Of a DNA stretch of 32,000 nt, positions 21,520 through 31,418 are shown in pieces. The DNA comes from Dickeya solani IPO 2222. Lineage in GTDB: Bacteria > Pseudomonadota > Gammaproteobacteria > Enterobacterales > Enterobacteriaceae. How positions within the stretch are numbered: position 1 is the stretch's first letter; each line of letters starts with the position of its first letter. The notes under the pieces are model-generated. The model saw nothing but the letters and a program-made list of their open reading frames with translations. It had not been told where the DNA came from and searched no databases. A program made the position numbers and the translations under genes. Location: the NCBI RefSeq assembly GCF_001644705.1, contig NZ_CP015137.1, forward strand, positions 1,050,001-1,082,000. Reading direction: 5' to 3'.

Positions 21520-22323
21520 TCAATCCTTTTTTTCTAACGCTTTTACCTGTTGCCAGGCTGCTTCCATCTCATCAAGCGTGGCGTCGGCAAGGGATTTACC
21601 GCTTTCGCCAATCAGTTGCTCCACCTGCTGGAAACGGCGGGTGAATTTGCGATTGGCCTGTTGCAGCGCGATTTCCGCCTTATGCCCGAGATGACGGGAC
21701 AGATTGACCGCCGCGAACAACATATCGCCGATCTCCTCGCCCAGCCTTTCCGGGTCGATCACCGCCTGCTGCGCTTCGACCATCACCTCGTCGATCTCTT
21801 CGTACAGCTTGTCCACCACCGGCCCCAGCGTGGTCCAGTCGAAACCGACGGCGGCGCAGCGCTGCTGGATTTTATGCGCCTGCATCAACGCGGGTAGCGC
21901 CTGTGGAATGTCATCCAACTGCGAATGACGATCTTTTTCCGCCCGCTCCTGCGCCTTGGTCTGCTCCCAGTTAGCCAGCACCGCGTCGCTGTCCGACAAC
22001 GTGGCGTCGCCGAAGATATGCGGGTGTCGGCGTTCCAGCTTATCGCTGATGGCGTCACACACGTCCGAGAAATCAAACAGCCCTTGCTCTTGCGCCATAC
22101 GGGCGTAAAACACCACCTGAAACAGCAGGTCGCCCAGTTCGCTGCGCAGGTCGTCGAAATCCTTGCGGCTGATGGCGTCGAGCACCTCGTAGGTTTCTTC
22201 CAGCGTGTAAGGAGCGATGGTGTCAAACGTCTGCTCGCGATCCCACGGGCAACCGGTTTCCGGGTCGCGCAACCGCTGCATAATGTGGAGTAAGCGTTCG
22301 ATGGCAGATGAATTCATATTCAT
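21520..22323 (-). CDS. mazG: Nucleoside triphosphate pyrophosphohydrolase MazG
   Basis: The ORF is 267 aa. IERLLHIMQRLRDPETGCPWDREQTFDTIAPYTLEETYEVLDAI is collinear with E. coli MazG as recalled. A second MazG repeat reads YEEIDEVMVEA..EEIGDMLFAAVNL. Confidence 0.97.
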   Translation of the reverse strand: MNMNSSAIERLLHIMQRLRDPETGCPWDREQTFDTIAPYTLEETYEVLDAISRKDFDDLRSELGDLLFQVVFYARMAQEQGLFDFSDVCDAISDKLERRHPHIFGDATLSDSDAVLANWEQTKAQERAEKDRHSQLDDIPQALPALMQAHKIQQRCAAVGFDWTTLGPVVDKLYEEIDEVMVEAQQAVIDPERLGEEIGDMLFAAVNLSRHLGHKAEIALQQANRKFTRRFQQVEQLIGESGKSLADATLDEMEAAWQQVKALEKKD

Positions 22324-22338
22324 GATAATCCCGATAAT

Positions 22339-22485
22339 AAGAGCCTATCCCACCAGGCGTAATTGGCGCAGCCGGTTTGGACACGGACAGCGCGGAAAAA
22401 CCGGAGCGTACACGCAGTACGTGAGGATTTTGAGCACTGCCCAGGTCCAAAATGGCAAGTAAAATAGCCTGGTGGGATAGGCTCT
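22339..22485. repeat. 147-bp imperfect palindromic intergenic element with ERIC/IRU-like architecture
   Basis: The termini are 19 bp and perfectly inverted: AGAGCCTATCCCACCAGGC within 22339-22358 and GCCTGGTGGGATAGGCTCT at 22467-22485. The arms pair imperfectly throughout, for example TTTGGAC with GTCCAAA. The centre is GTAC-acgca-GTAC. The core GGAGCGTACACGCAGTACGTGAGGATTTTGAGCA resembles the ERIC core GGAGCTTACATAAGTAAGTGACTGGGGTGAGCG as I recall it, at roughly two-thirds identity. Confidence 0.6.
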
Positions 22486-22515
22486 AAAATGGAAAAGGCG
22501 GGACCGGCCCGCCTT
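22486..22515 (-). terminator. Rho-independent terminator of relA
   Basis: The minus strand reads AAGGCGGG-ccggt-CCCGCCTT (8-bp stem, 22495-22515) followed by TTCCATTTT. It starts 18 nt after the relA stop and abuts the palindromic element. Confidence 0.6.
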
Positions 22516-22533
22516 ACGGTACTAAAAACAGTA

Positions 22534-24768
22534 TCAATTGCCCTGCAACCGCCGGGCGTCAATCACATCCGGCAGTTGATTGAGCTTGGCCAGCACCCGG
22601 CCCAGCACCTGCAGGTTGTAGATCTCTATGTCCATATCGATGGTGGCGAGCTGCTGTTTTACGTCGCTACGGCTTGAAACCCCCAACACATTGACCTTTT
22701 CGTTGGCCAAAATGGTGGTGATGTCGCGCAGCAGGCCGCTACGGTCGTTGGCGGTCACCCTGACTACCAGCGAATAGCCGCTGGAGTAGCTTTCGCCCCA
22801 TACCGCTTCAACAATGCGCTCCGGCGCATGACTGCGCAGGTCGTCGAGCTGTTCACAGTCCGCACGGTGAATGGAGATACCGCGTCCGCGGGTGATGAAG
22901 CCGATAATATCGTCCCCCGGAATCGGCTGACAGCAGCGCGCGATGTGGTGCATCAGGTTGCCGACGCCCTCCACCACTACCCGGCCGTTGTCTTTGGCGC
23001 TGGCGCGCTGAGCCGGTTGGGATTTCTGCGTCAGCTGGCGCAGCGCTTCGCGATCCTGCTCTTCAGCGCTCGGCTGGTTCACCTTCGACTGCAGGAAGTT
23101 AACCAACTGATTAAGGCGGATATCGCCGCCGCCGATGCCGGCCAGCAATTCATCCATCGAATTGATGTTGTAACGCGGCAGCAGCAGTTTTTCCGCCATC
23201 TTCAGGCTCACGCCGAGATGCGCCAGTTCATCGTCCAGAATCTGTTTGCCCGCCAGGATATTCTTGTCGCGATCCTGCTTACGGAACCAGTTGTGGATTT
23301 TGGAACGCCCGCGGCTGGTGGTGATATACCCCAGATTGGGGTTCAGCCAGTCGCGGCTCGGGTTCGGCTGCTTCTGGGTGATGACCTCTATCTGGTCGCC
23401 CATCTGCAACTGGTAGGTGAACGGCACGATACGCCCGCCCACCTTGGCGCCGATGCAACGGTGGCCGATGTCGCTGTGGATGTGATAGGCAAAATCCAGC
23501 GGCGTGGAGCCGGTCGGCAAATCCACCACATCGCCCTTGGGGGTAAACACGTAGACGCGGTCGTCGAACACCTGGCTGCGCACTTCGTCGAGCATTTCGT
23601 CCGAATCGGCCATCTCTTCTTGCCAGGCCAGCAACTTACGCAGCCAGGCGATACGCTCTTCGTAACCGGAACGTGTACCGGTGGCGGTGCCTTCCTTGTA
23701 TTTCCAGTGCGCGGCGACGCCGAGCTCCGCATCCTCGTGCATCTGCCGGGTACGAATCTGGATTTCCAGCGTCTTGCCGCCCGGCCCCAACACAACGGTG
23801 TGGATCGACTGATAACCGTTGGGTTTGGGGTTGGCGACATAGTCGTCGAACTCGTCCGGCAGGTGACGATAGTGGGTATGTACGATACCCAACGCGGCGT
23901 AGCAGTCCTGCAACCGCTCCACCACGATACGCACCGCCCGCACGTCAAACAGTTCGTCGAACGACAGCGATTTCTTCTGCATCTTGCGCCAGATGCTGTA
24001 AATGTGTTTGGGGCGGCCGTACACCTCGGCTTTCAGTTCCTCTGTCGCCATGGACGCGCGCAGGTTTTTGACGAAATCGTCGATGTACTGCTCGCGATCG
24101 ATACGGCGTTCATGCAGCAGCTTGGCGATGCGCTTGTACTCATCCGGGTGCAGATAGCGGAAGCAGAAATCTTCCAGTTCCCACTTGAGCTGGCCGATAC
24201 CCAGCCGGTTAGCCAGCGGCGCATAGATATTGGTACACTCTTTGGCCGCCAGCACGCGCTCTTCTTCCGGCGCATCCTTCACTTCGCGCAGGTGGGCGAT
24301 ACGCTCCGCCAGCTTGATCACCACGCAACGGAAGTCTTCCACCATCGCCAGCAGCATACGACGGATGTTGTCCACCTGTTCGGAGGCCATCGAATCGTGC
24401 TGGGTGGCTTTAAGCTGGCGAATCGCATCCATATCGCGCACGCCATGCACCAGATTGACGATATTCTTGCCGAAGGTTTCCTGCAGCGTCTCTTCATCCA
24501 CCACGTTGGCATCCGCCAGCGGGAACAGCATCGCCGCACGCATGCTGTCGTTATCCATACTCAGCGTGGAGAGGATTTCCACCATTTCAATGCCGCGCCA
24601 CAACAGCAGCATCGCATCAGGGTGGCCTTCTGTTTTTTCTTCGCAGTAGCGCCAGGTTTCGGCGAGGCGCTCGCACGACGTTTTACTGGCGATACCCAGG
24701 GAGGCAATCCACGCGTCCGGCACGAACTTGCCTTCAGTATTCAAATGCGCACTTCTTACCGCAACCAT
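22534..24768 (-). CDS. relA: GTP pyrophosphokinase ((p)ppGpp synthetase I) RelA
   Basis: The ORF is 744 aa and begins MVAVRSAHLN. The synthetase-domain motif is PKPNGYQSIHTVV. C-terminal TGS/ACT-type regions are present. Confidence 0.99.
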   Translation of the reverse strand: MVAVRSAHLNTEGKFVPDAWIASLGIASKTSCERLAETWRYCEEKTEGHPDAMLLLWRGIEMVEILSTLSMDNDSMRAAMLFPLADANVVDEETLQETFGKNIVNLVHGVRDMDAIRQLKATQHDSMASEQVDNIRRMLLAMVEDFRCVVIKLAERIAHLREVKDAPEEERVLAAKECTNIYAPLANRLGIGQLKWELEDFCFRYLHPDEYKRIAKLLHERRIDREQYIDDFVKNLRASMATEELKAEVYGRPKHIYSIWRKMQKKSLSFDELFDVRAVRIVVERLQDCYAALGIVHTHYRHLPDEFDDYVANPKPNGYQSIHTVVLGPGGKTLEIQIRTRQMHEDAELGVAAHWKYKEGTATGTRSGYEERIAWLRKLLAWQEEMADSDEMLDEVRSQVFDDRVYVFTPKGDVVDLPTGSTPLDFAYHIHSDIGHRCIGAKVGGRIVPFTYQLQMGDQIEVITQKQPNPSRDWLNPNLGYITTSRGRSKIHNWFRKQDRDKNILAGKQILDDELAHLGVSLKMAEKLLLPRYNINSMDELLAGIGGGDIRLNQLVNFLQSKVNQPSAEEQDREALRQLTQKSQPAQRASAKDNGRVVVEGVGNLMHHIARCCQPIPGDDIIGFITRGRGISIHRADCEQLDDLRSHAPERIVEAVWGESYSSGYSLVVRVTANDRSGLLRDITTILANEKVNVLGVSSRSDVKQQLATIDMDIEIYNLQVLGRVLAKLNQLPDVIDARRLQGN

Positions 24769-24777
24769 AATCTCTCC

Positions 24778-26112
24778 CTACTTTACCGAGCCATCGGAAC
24801 CAAGCAAAAACAGTGCCATCGACTCAAGATGTCCGGTATGTGGAAACATATCCAGCATGGCCAACCGGGCCAGACGATAACCGGCGGCCATCAGCACCTT
24901 GCTGTCACGCGCCAGCGTGGTGGGGTTACAGGATATATACACCACCCGCCGGGGAGCCAGTTTCACAATCTGCGGCATCACTCCCGGCGCGCCGGCGCGG
25001 GCCGGATCGAGCAGTATCTTATCAAATCCCATCGACGCCCACGGTTGCCGGGTGACGTCCTCTTCCAGGTCATGATGATAAAATGTGACCTGCGTCAGCC
25101 CGTTACGCCGGGCGTTTTCCTGCCCTTTGTCCACCAGCGCCGCCACGCCTTCGACCCCGACCACGCTGCCGGCGCGCGCAGCCAGCGGCAGGGTAAAATT
25201 CCCCATTCCACAAAACAGGTCGAGCACCCGGTCCTGCGGCTGCGGGTCCAGCCACGCCAACGCCCGCTCCACCATACGCTGGTTGATATCGTCATTAACC
25301 TGAATGAAATCCCGCGGGCTGAACGCCAGCGACAGCCCGGCAATGCGATAAGACGGCATGTCGCCGTGCAGGCATTCCAGCGCGCCGGCTTCCGGCGCGG
25401 CAAACAACGCCACGCCGTGCCGGGCGGCGAACGCCGTCAGCGCCTGCCGGTCGGCGTCGCGCAGCGGATCCAGATGGCGCAAAACCACCAACGGCCCTTG
25501 CTCGGCCAGCACCAGCTCCACGTGCCCCAGCCGCCGGACGGCCTGCAACTGCCCGAGACAGTCGCGCAAAGGCGCCAGCAACGCCTCCAGCTCCGGCCGC
25601 AAAATCGGGCAGGCGCCGATATCCACCAAATCGTGCGATCCTGCCTGCCGGTAGCCCATCTGTAACCGGCGCGTTTTCGCCTGATAGTATAATGCAAGGC
25701 GCGCGCGACGGCGGTAGGCATAGGCCGATCCGGCAATCACCTCCGGCTCCGGTGGGACGACGCTGGTTTCCCGCGTCATCAGGTGTGTCAGCGCGGCCGC
25801 CTTGCTACGATGCTGCAACGGCTGACTGGCATGCTGCTGCTGACAACCGCCGCAAACGGAAAAATGCGGACAGCGCGGCGTCACACGCTCGTCGCTGGTG
25901 GTCAACAACCGCCGCAGCCTGGCATGGGCAAACTGGCGTTTCTCCTCCGTCAACTGCACCTCAGCCTGCTCACCCGGCAACACGCCGGGGATGAACAGCG
26001 CTTTTCCCTGATGGCGGGCTACTCCCTGTCCGAATGGATCCAGATCATTCGCCGTCACGGTAAGGGTTTGCCGGGTCGTCACGCGCCGGTTTGGAGAGTA
26101 GAATTGCGCCAT
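24778..26112 (-). CDS. rlmD: 23S rRNA (uracil1939-C5)-methyltransferase RlmD (RumA)
   Basis: The ORF is 444 aa with a TRAM-like N-terminus and the Fe-S cysteine cluster [14 protein letters not shown]. The SAM motif is [16 protein letters not shown] and the catalytic region is [12 protein letters not shown]. Its stop lies 9 nt before the relA ATG. Confidence 0.97.
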   Translation of the reverse strand: MAQFYSPNRRVTTRQTLTVTANDLDPFGQGVARHQGKALFIPGVLPGEQAEVQLTEEKRQFAHARLRRLLTTSDERVTPRCPHFSVCGGCQQQHASQPLQHRSKAAALTHLMTRETSVVPPEPEVIAGSAYAYRRRARLALYYQAKTRRLQMGYRQAGSHDLVDIGACPILRPELEALLAPLRDCLGQLQAVRRLGHVELVLAEQGPLVVLRHLDPLRDADRQALTAFAARHGVALFAAPEAGALECLHGDMPSYRIAGLSLAFSPRDFIQVNDDINQRMVERALAWLDPQPQDRVLDLFCGMGNFTLPLAARAGSVVGVEGVAALVDKGQENARRNGLTQVTFYHHDLEEDVTRQPWASMGFDKILLDPARAGAPGVMPQIVKLAPRRVVYISCNPTTLARDSKVLMAAGYRLARLAMLDMFPHTGHLESMALFLLGSDGSVK

Positions 26113-26172
26113 AAGTGTGCTGTCATTGATTTAATGGAATAGTCGACCTTAATTGTCCCACATTGGAACCTC

Positions 26173-28938
26173 ATGACCAAATACAGTCTGCGCGCACGTA
26201 TGATGATACTGATTCTGGCTCCGACCATGCTTATCGGGCTGCTGCTCAGTAGTTTTTTCGTCATCCACCGCTATAACCAGTTGCAGGAACAGTTGGCCGA
26301 CGCCGGCGCCAGTATCATTCAACCGCTGGCGGTCAACAGCGCCTATGCCTTGACCCAGCGTCAGCCGGAATCGCTGCGGCAACTGGTCAATATGCTGCAT
26401 CGTCACCACTCCGGCATCGTGCGCACCATCAGCGTATTCGACGCCCGCAACCAGCTCATTGTCACCAGCAATCCCAATAATCCCCACGGCCAGTTGTTGC
26501 AGGTGCCGTCCGGCAACCCGCTGCCGACCGCCCTGCGGCTGCAAAACGAAGAAGAGTGCCTGGTGTTGCAGATGCCTATCGAAAACGAGGGCGAAGTCTC
26601 CGCCAGTACGATTATCAGCCGGCAAGCGCCGATGGGCTATGTGGCGGTCGAGCTGGATTTGAACACCATCCGGTTGCAGCAATATCGGGAAATTTTCATG
26701 GCCGCGATGCTGTTGCTGTTCTGCATGGGCGTGGCGATGCTGCTGGCCTATCGGCTGATGCGCGATGTCACCATCCCTATCCGCAACATGGTGGAAACGG
26801 TGGACCGTATCCGTCGCGGCCAGTTGGACAGCCGGGTGGAAGGCCACATGCTGGGCGAGCTGGACATGTTGAAAAACGGCATTAACTCGATGGCGATGTC
26901 GCTCACCGCCTATCACGAGGAGATGCAGCAAAACATCGATCAGGCCACTTATGACCTGCGTGAAACGCTGGAACAGATGGAGATCCAGAACGTCGAGCTG
27001 GATCTGGCCAAAAAGCGGGCGCAGGAAGCGGCGCGCATCAAATCCGAGTTCCTGGCCAATATGTCCCACGAACTGCGCACGCCGCTCAACGGCGTTATTG
27101 GCTTTACCCGCCAGACGCTGAAAACCCAGCTGACGTCAACCCAGAAGGATTATCTGCAAACCATTGAGCGCTCCGCCAATAATTTACTCAACATCATCAA
27201 TGACGTGCTGGACTTCTCCAAGCTGGAAGCCGGAAAACTGGTGCTGGAGAATATCCCGTTCTCGCTGCACAACACGCTGGATGAAGTGATTATGCTGCTG
27301 GCGCATACCGCCCATGAGAAAGGGCTGGAACTGACGCTGAATATTCAACATGACGTACCGGAGCAATTCGTTGGCGATCCGCTGCGTTTGCAGCAAATCA
27401 TCACCAATCTGTTGGGCAACGCCATCAAGTTTACCGAACAGGGCAACATTGATATCCGCATCGAAAAGCGCAGGCAGGAGAGTGTGCAGGTGCTGCTGGA
27501 AATCCAGATCAAGGATACCGGCATCGGTATTGCCGAAGCGCAACAGACCCAGCTTTTTCAGGCGTTCCGTCAGGCGGATACCAGTATTTCACGCCAGCAC
27601 GGCGGCACCGGTCTGGGGCTGGTGATTACCCAGCGACTGGTGCGGGAAATGGGCGGCGATATCAGTTTCCACAGCAAACCGAATCAGGGCACCACCTTCT
27701 GGTGTACCGTTAACCTGCAACTGAACCCGCACGTGCTGGAGCCCGATTATCGCTTTGATCGGTTACAGGGCAAACATCTGGCCTACGTGGAAGCCAACCC
27801 GGCGGCGGCTCAGGCAACGCTGGACATTCTGGTGCATACGCCGCTGACCGTCAGCTACAGCCCAACGATGGAACAGTTGCCGGAACGCACCTTCGACATC
27901 TTGCTGATCGGCGTACCGATCCACTACCGCAATACGCTGTTGGATTTCACGCCGCTGATTCGTGACTTCTGCCGTCTGGCATCCTGCGTGATTCTGGCGC
28001 TGCCGAGCATGGCGGAAATGGAAGCGGAACAACTGAAATCGCTCGGCATCCACGCCAGCCTGAGCAAGCCTATCACCGCGCCGCGGCTGTTGACGATGCT
28101 GCAGGATAACAGCCTGTTTAGTCAGGACAGCAACGAACGCGCGCTACCGCCGCCCGCCGCGTCGCTCAGCCGTTTGCCGCTCAGCGTCATGGCGGTGGAC
28201 GATAACCCGGCCAACCTGAAGCTGATCGGCGCGCTGCTGGAAGAACAGGTGGAGAATATTATTCTGTGCGAAAGCGGTGCCGACGCCATCGCCCGCGCGC
28301 AGGGCGCCCATCTGGATATCATTCTGATGGACATACAGATGCCCGGCATGGACGGCCTGCAGGCCAGCGAGCATATCCGCCAGTTGTCGCAGCATGCGCA
28401 TACGCCGATCGTGGCGGTGACCGCGCATACCATGAGCGGCGAGCGCGAAGTGCTGCTGCAATCAGGCATGGATGATTATCTGTCCAAACCCATCGACGAA
28501 CAGATGCTACGCCAAACGCTACTGCACCATGCCTGTAAAACACCAAGCGACCTGCCCGCGCTGCCACCGACTGCGGTCACGGCGCAGTCGCCGCTGTCGC
28601 TGGACTGGGACCTGGCGTTGCGGCAAGCCGCCAGCAAACCGGATCTAGCGCGCGACCTGCTGGCCATGTTGCTGGATTTTCTGCCGGATGTACGTCAGCA
28701 GGTGGACGCGGTGCTGGCGGGCAATCCACCGGGCAATCTGGTCGACATCATTCACAAATTGCACGGCAGTTGCAGCTATAGCGGCGTACCGCGGCTCAAA
28801 CAGATCTGTCACTACCTCGAACAGTCGCTGCGCAAAGGCCTGTCGATTGATGAACTGGAGCCGGAATGGCTGGAGTTGATGGACGAAATGGCGAATGTGG
28901 AAAAAGCGGCGCGCAAACGGCTGGAAACCTCAGCCTGA
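26173..28938 (+). CDS. barA: Hybrid sensor histidine kinase BarA (GacS/ExpS orthologue)
   Basis: The ORF is 921 aa and begins [30 protein letters not shown]. The H-box is [15 protein letters not shown], the receiver motif is [14 protein letters not shown] and the HPt motif is [15 protein letters not shown]. Confidence 0.98.
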   Translation: MTKYSLRARMMILILAPTMLIGLLLSSFFVIHRYNQLQEQLADAGASIIQPLAVNSAYALTQRQPESLRQLVNMLHRHHSGIVRTISVFDARNQLIVTSNPNNPHGQLLQVPSGNPLPTALRLQNEEECLVLQMPIENEGEVSASTIISRQAPMGYVAVELDLNTIRLQQYREIFMAAMLLLFCMGVAMLLAYRLMRDVTIPIRNMVETVDRIRRGQLDSRVEGHMLGELDMLKNGINSMAMSLTAYHEEMQQNIDQATYDLRETLEQMEIQNVELDLAKKRAQEAARIKSEFLANMSHELRTPLNGVIGFTRQTLKTQLTSTQKDYLQTIERSANNLLNIINDVLDFSKLEAGKLVLENIPFSLHNTLDEVIMLLAHTAHEKGLELTLNIQHDVPEQFVGDPLRLQQIITNLLGNAIKFTEQGNIDIRIEKRRQESVQVLLEIQIKDTGIGIAEAQQTQLFQAFRQADTSISRQHGGTGLGLVITQRLVREMGGDISFHSKPNQGTTFWCTVNLQLNPHVLEPDYRFDRLQGKHLAYVEANPAAAQATLDILVHTPLTVSYSPTMEQLPERTFDILLIGVPIHYRNTLLDFTPLIRDFCRLASCVILALPSMAEMEAEQLKSLGIHASLSKPITAPRLLTMLQDNSLFSQDSNERALPPPAASLSRLPLSVMAVDDNPANLKLIGALLEEQVENIILCESGADAIARAQGAHLDIILMDIQMPGMDGLQASEHIRQLSQHAHTPIVAVTAHTMSGEREVLLQSGMDDYLSKPIDEQMLRQTLLHHACKTPSDLPALPPTAVTAQSPLSLDWDLALRQAASKPDLARDLLAMLLDFLPDVRQQVDAVLAGNPPGNLVDIIHKLHGSCSYSGVPRLKQICHYLEQSLRKGLSIDELEPEWLELMDEMANVEKAARKRLETSA

Positions 28939-28974
28939 ACGCCAGCCGGCGATTAAAAACCAGCAATGCCATCA

Positions 28975-29007
28975 GGCAGGCGGATGCACGCAAAGGCAGC
29001 GCCTGCC
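28975..29007. terminator. Stem-loop between convergent barA and garK
   Basis: GGCAGGCG-(17 nt)-CGCCTGCC forms an 8-bp stem. A second small hairpin is GCCGTC-gcggt-GACGGC at 29018-29034. No adjacent U-tracts are present. Confidence 0.35.
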
Positions 29008-29044
29008 GGTTGGTCAGCCGTCGCGGTGACGGCCTGTGACGAGC

Positions 29045-30187
29045 TCAGGCAATCGCCTGCGCCAGTTTGATGGTCGCGGCAATATTGCGCGCGGTCATCC
29101 GCACGTTGTCGGCGGCGTTATCCAGCGCTTCCTCCAGCGAACAGATGTTGTAAAGCACGCTGAATACCGCATCAAGCCCATGATCGTGCACCACGCCCAC
29201 GTCGGACGTCAGGCTGCCGGCAATGCCGATCACCGGTTTGTGGTAGCGTTTAGCCACAGAGGCGACGCCAATCGGCACTTTGCCGTGAATGGTCTGACTG
29301 TCGATGCGGCCTTCGCCGGTGATCACCAGCGATGCGTCCCTGACCAGCTCATCCAGCCCTAACGCTTCGGTGACAATCTCGATGCCGCGACGTAATTCCG
29401 CACCGCAGAACGCCAGCAACGCCGCACCCATGCCGCCGGCAGCGCCTGCGCCCGGCACCTGTTCCACGTCGATATCCAAATCGTGGCGGATCACCTCCGC
29501 ATAGTGCCGTAATGCCTGATCCAGCTGTTCCACCATCGCCTCGGTGGCGCCTTTCTGCGGCCCGAACACCGCCGACGCGCCCTGCTTACCGGTCAGCGGA
29601 TTAGTCACATCGCAGGCCACCTCAAACCGGCACTGCCGGATACGCGGGTCCAGCGAGCGGGTATCAATGTGCGCCAATCGCGCCAGCTCCGCGCCGCCAA
29701 ACCCGATCGGCTGCTTCGCGGCGTCCAGCAACTGCGCGCCCAGCGCCTGCACCATCCCAGCGCCGCCATCGTTGGTGGCGCTGCCGCCGATGCCGATAAT
29801 ACAGTGGCGAACACCGTGATCCAGCGCGCTGCGAATCAGCTCGCCGGTGCCATAGCTGGTGGTCAACAGCGGATTGCGCAGGTGCGGCGGCACCCGTTCC
29901 AGCCCGCTGGCGGCCGCCATCTCGATAAACGCCGTTTTTTCATCCCCTGACAGCCCGAAAAAAGCCTCGGTATCATCGCCCAGCGGACCGGTGACGTTCA
30001 CTTTGACGATTTTACCGCGGGTTGCCGCCACCATGGCTTCCACGGTTCCCTCTCCCCCATCAGCGACCGGCAGTTTCACGTAGCAGGCGTCGGGGAATAC
30101 CTCCCGAAAACCGGCCTCAATCTGCGTCGCCACTTCCTGGGCGGATAAGCTCTCTTTGTAAGAATCCGGTGCGATAACTATTTTCAT
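29045..30187 (-). CDS. garK: Glycerate kinase
   Basis: The ORF is 380 aa and begins MKIVIAPDSYKESLSAQEVA. Motifs are LPVADGGEGT and IGIGGSATNDGGAGM. It lies downstream of garL-garR. Confidence 0.95.
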   Translation of the reverse strand: MKIVIAPDSYKESLSAQEVATQIEAGFREVFPDACYVKLPVADGGEGTVEAMVAATRGKIVKVNVTGPLGDDTEAFFGLSGDEKTAFIEMAAASGLERVPPHLRNPLLTTSYGTGELIRSALDHGVRHCIIGIGGSATNDGGAGMVQALGAQLLDAAKQPIGFGGAELARLAHIDTRSLDPRIRQCRFEVACDVTNPLTGKQGASAVFGPQKGATEAMVEQLDQALRHYAEVIRHDLDIDVEQVPGAGAAGGMGAALLAFCGAELRRGIEIVTEALGLDELVRDASLVITGEGRIDSQTIHGKVPIGVASVAKRYHKPVIGIAGSLTSDVGVVHDHGLDAVFSVLYNICSLEEALDNAADNVRMTARNIAATIKLAQAIA

Positions 30188-30223
30188 AAACGACTCGCGT
30201 CATCAACTACCCGCGCTGTAGGC

Positions 30224-30383
30224 TGTGTCCCGCAATTATTCGCGTCGCCGGCGTAGGGCCAGGGCCAAATCGCAGCGTCCCTCGTGACTCGACGCGTGCC
30301 TGGGTTTGCCAAACCACGCGGTTCGCGTCCGATCTCGCTGCAATTTGACCGCCAGCCGCCGTCACGCACAATTGCGGGACACA
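30224..30383. repeat. ~160-bp imperfect palindromic element in the garR-garK spacer
   Basis: The termini are 14 bp and perfectly inverted: TGTGTCCCGCAATT (30224-30237) and AATTGCGGGACACA (30370-30383). Hand alignment of the arms gives further paired blocks: CCAAATCGCAGCG with CGCTGCAATTTGA (11 of 13), GACGCG with CGCGTC, and GGTTTG with CAAACC at the centre near 30308. Confidence 0.75.
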
Positions 30384-30459
30384 ACCAGGAACCGGCGCAA
30401 GTCAAAAATGTTCCGTCAACCGGGCGGCCCCGCGCCTTGCGCCGACGCCGCCCTGTCAA

Positions 30460-31344
30460 CTACCGAGTGACTTCCACTTTCGCCAGTTTCTCGTAATAAC
30501 GAGCCAACGCGCTGTGGTCGGCGCCGCCCAAATCATCGGCCTTCAACGCCTGCATCATTTCCATCACCGCAGCGGTCAGCGGCAGTTGCGCCCCGACGCC
30601 GTGAGACGTATCCAGCGCGTTAGCCAAATCCTTGATATGCAGGTCGATACGGAAACCGGGCTTGAAGTTGCGGTCCATCACCATCGGCGCCTTGGCATCC
30701 AACACGGTGCTGCCCGCCAGACCGCCGCGAATCGCCTGATACACCAGGTCCGGATTCACACCGGCTTTGGTCGCCAGCACCAGCGCTTCCGACATAGCAG
30801 CGATATTCAGCGCCACGATGACCTGATTCGCCAGTTTGGTGACGTTGCCCGCGCCGATATCGCCGGTATGCACCACCGAGCCGGCCATCGCCTTCATCAC
30901 TTCATAGCTGCTGTCGAACACCGCTTTGTCGCCGCCCACCATCACCGACAGCGTACCGTCGATCGCTTTTGGCTCGCCGCCGCTGACCGGCGCGTCCAGC
31001 ATGGTGACGCCTTTTTCCGCCAGCGCCGCGGCAATTTCACGGCTGGCCAGCGGGGCGATAGAGCTCATGTCGATCACTACCGCGCCTTGGCGCGCGCCTT
31101 CGATCACGCCGTTCTCACCCAGCACCACCTCTTTAACGTGAGGCGAGTTCGGCAGCATGGTAATCACGATATCGCTCTGCTCAGCGACCGCTTTCGGCGT
31201 TTCAGCCGAGGTGGCGCCCGCTGCGACAACTTCGGCGACCGCCGCGCTGTTTCTGTCCAGTACGACCAATGAGTAACCCGCTTTAATCAGGTTCTTGCTC
31301 ATCGGTTTTCCCATGATACCCAGTCCAATAAAACCAATTTTCAT
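30460..31344 (-). CDS. garR: 2-hydroxy-3-oxopropionate (tartronate semialdehyde) reductase
   Basis: I trimmed from 31365 to ATG 31344, which has GAGG 8 nt upstream. [28 protein letters not shown].. through ..[12 protein letters not shown] is collinear with E. coli GarR as recalled. Confidence 0.96.
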   Translation of the reverse strand: MKIGFIGLGIMGKPMSKNLIKAGYSLVVLDRNSAAVAEVVAAGATSAETPKAVAEQSDIVITMLPNSPHVKEVVLGENGVIEGARQGAVVIDMSSIAPLASREIAAALAEKGVTMLDAPVSGGEPKAIDGTLSVMVGGDKAVFDSSYEVMKAMAGSVVHTGDIGAGNVTKLANQVIVALNIAAMSEALVLATKAGVNPDLVYQAIRGGLAGSTVLDAKAPMVMDRNFKPGFRIDLHIKDLANALDTSHGVGAQLPLTAAVMEMMQALKADDLGGADHSALARYYEKLAKVEVTR

Positions 31345-31418
31345 TGCGATAACCTCGTTGTCCATTCAGTGACATGGTCAGATATGTTTACGGCCGATGC
31401 GGCCCTGATTAATCCAAG

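Noticed and set aside
22217-22562. Small ORFs of 75-81 aa on both strands in the relA-mazG gap, considered as possible mazE/mazF-like toxin-antitoxin genes
   Set aside because: None resembles MazE or MazF as recalled. They overlap each other, the relA terminator and the palindromic repeat, and the palindrome itself generates the mirrored ORFs on both strands.
22828-25665. A 945-aa plus-strand ORF antisense to relA and rlmD that crosses the gene boundary
   Set aside because: It is the codon-aligned shadow frame of both genes: 24768-22830 = 1938 and 26112-25665 = 447, both multiples of 3, and relA and rlmD share a frame. In that frame stops arise only opposite sense codons TTA, CTA and TCA, which these GC-rich genes avoid. 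The translation is low-complexity and rich in R, Q, H and A, with no recognisable domain.
30184-30459. A 91-aa minus-strand ORF exactly filling the garR-garK gap
   Set aside because: It has a TTG start with no SD. Its composition is rich in R, G, W and C, typical of translated GC-rich non-coding DNA. It runs through a long imperfect palindrome. I kept it only as a low-probability alternative in the corresponding finding.
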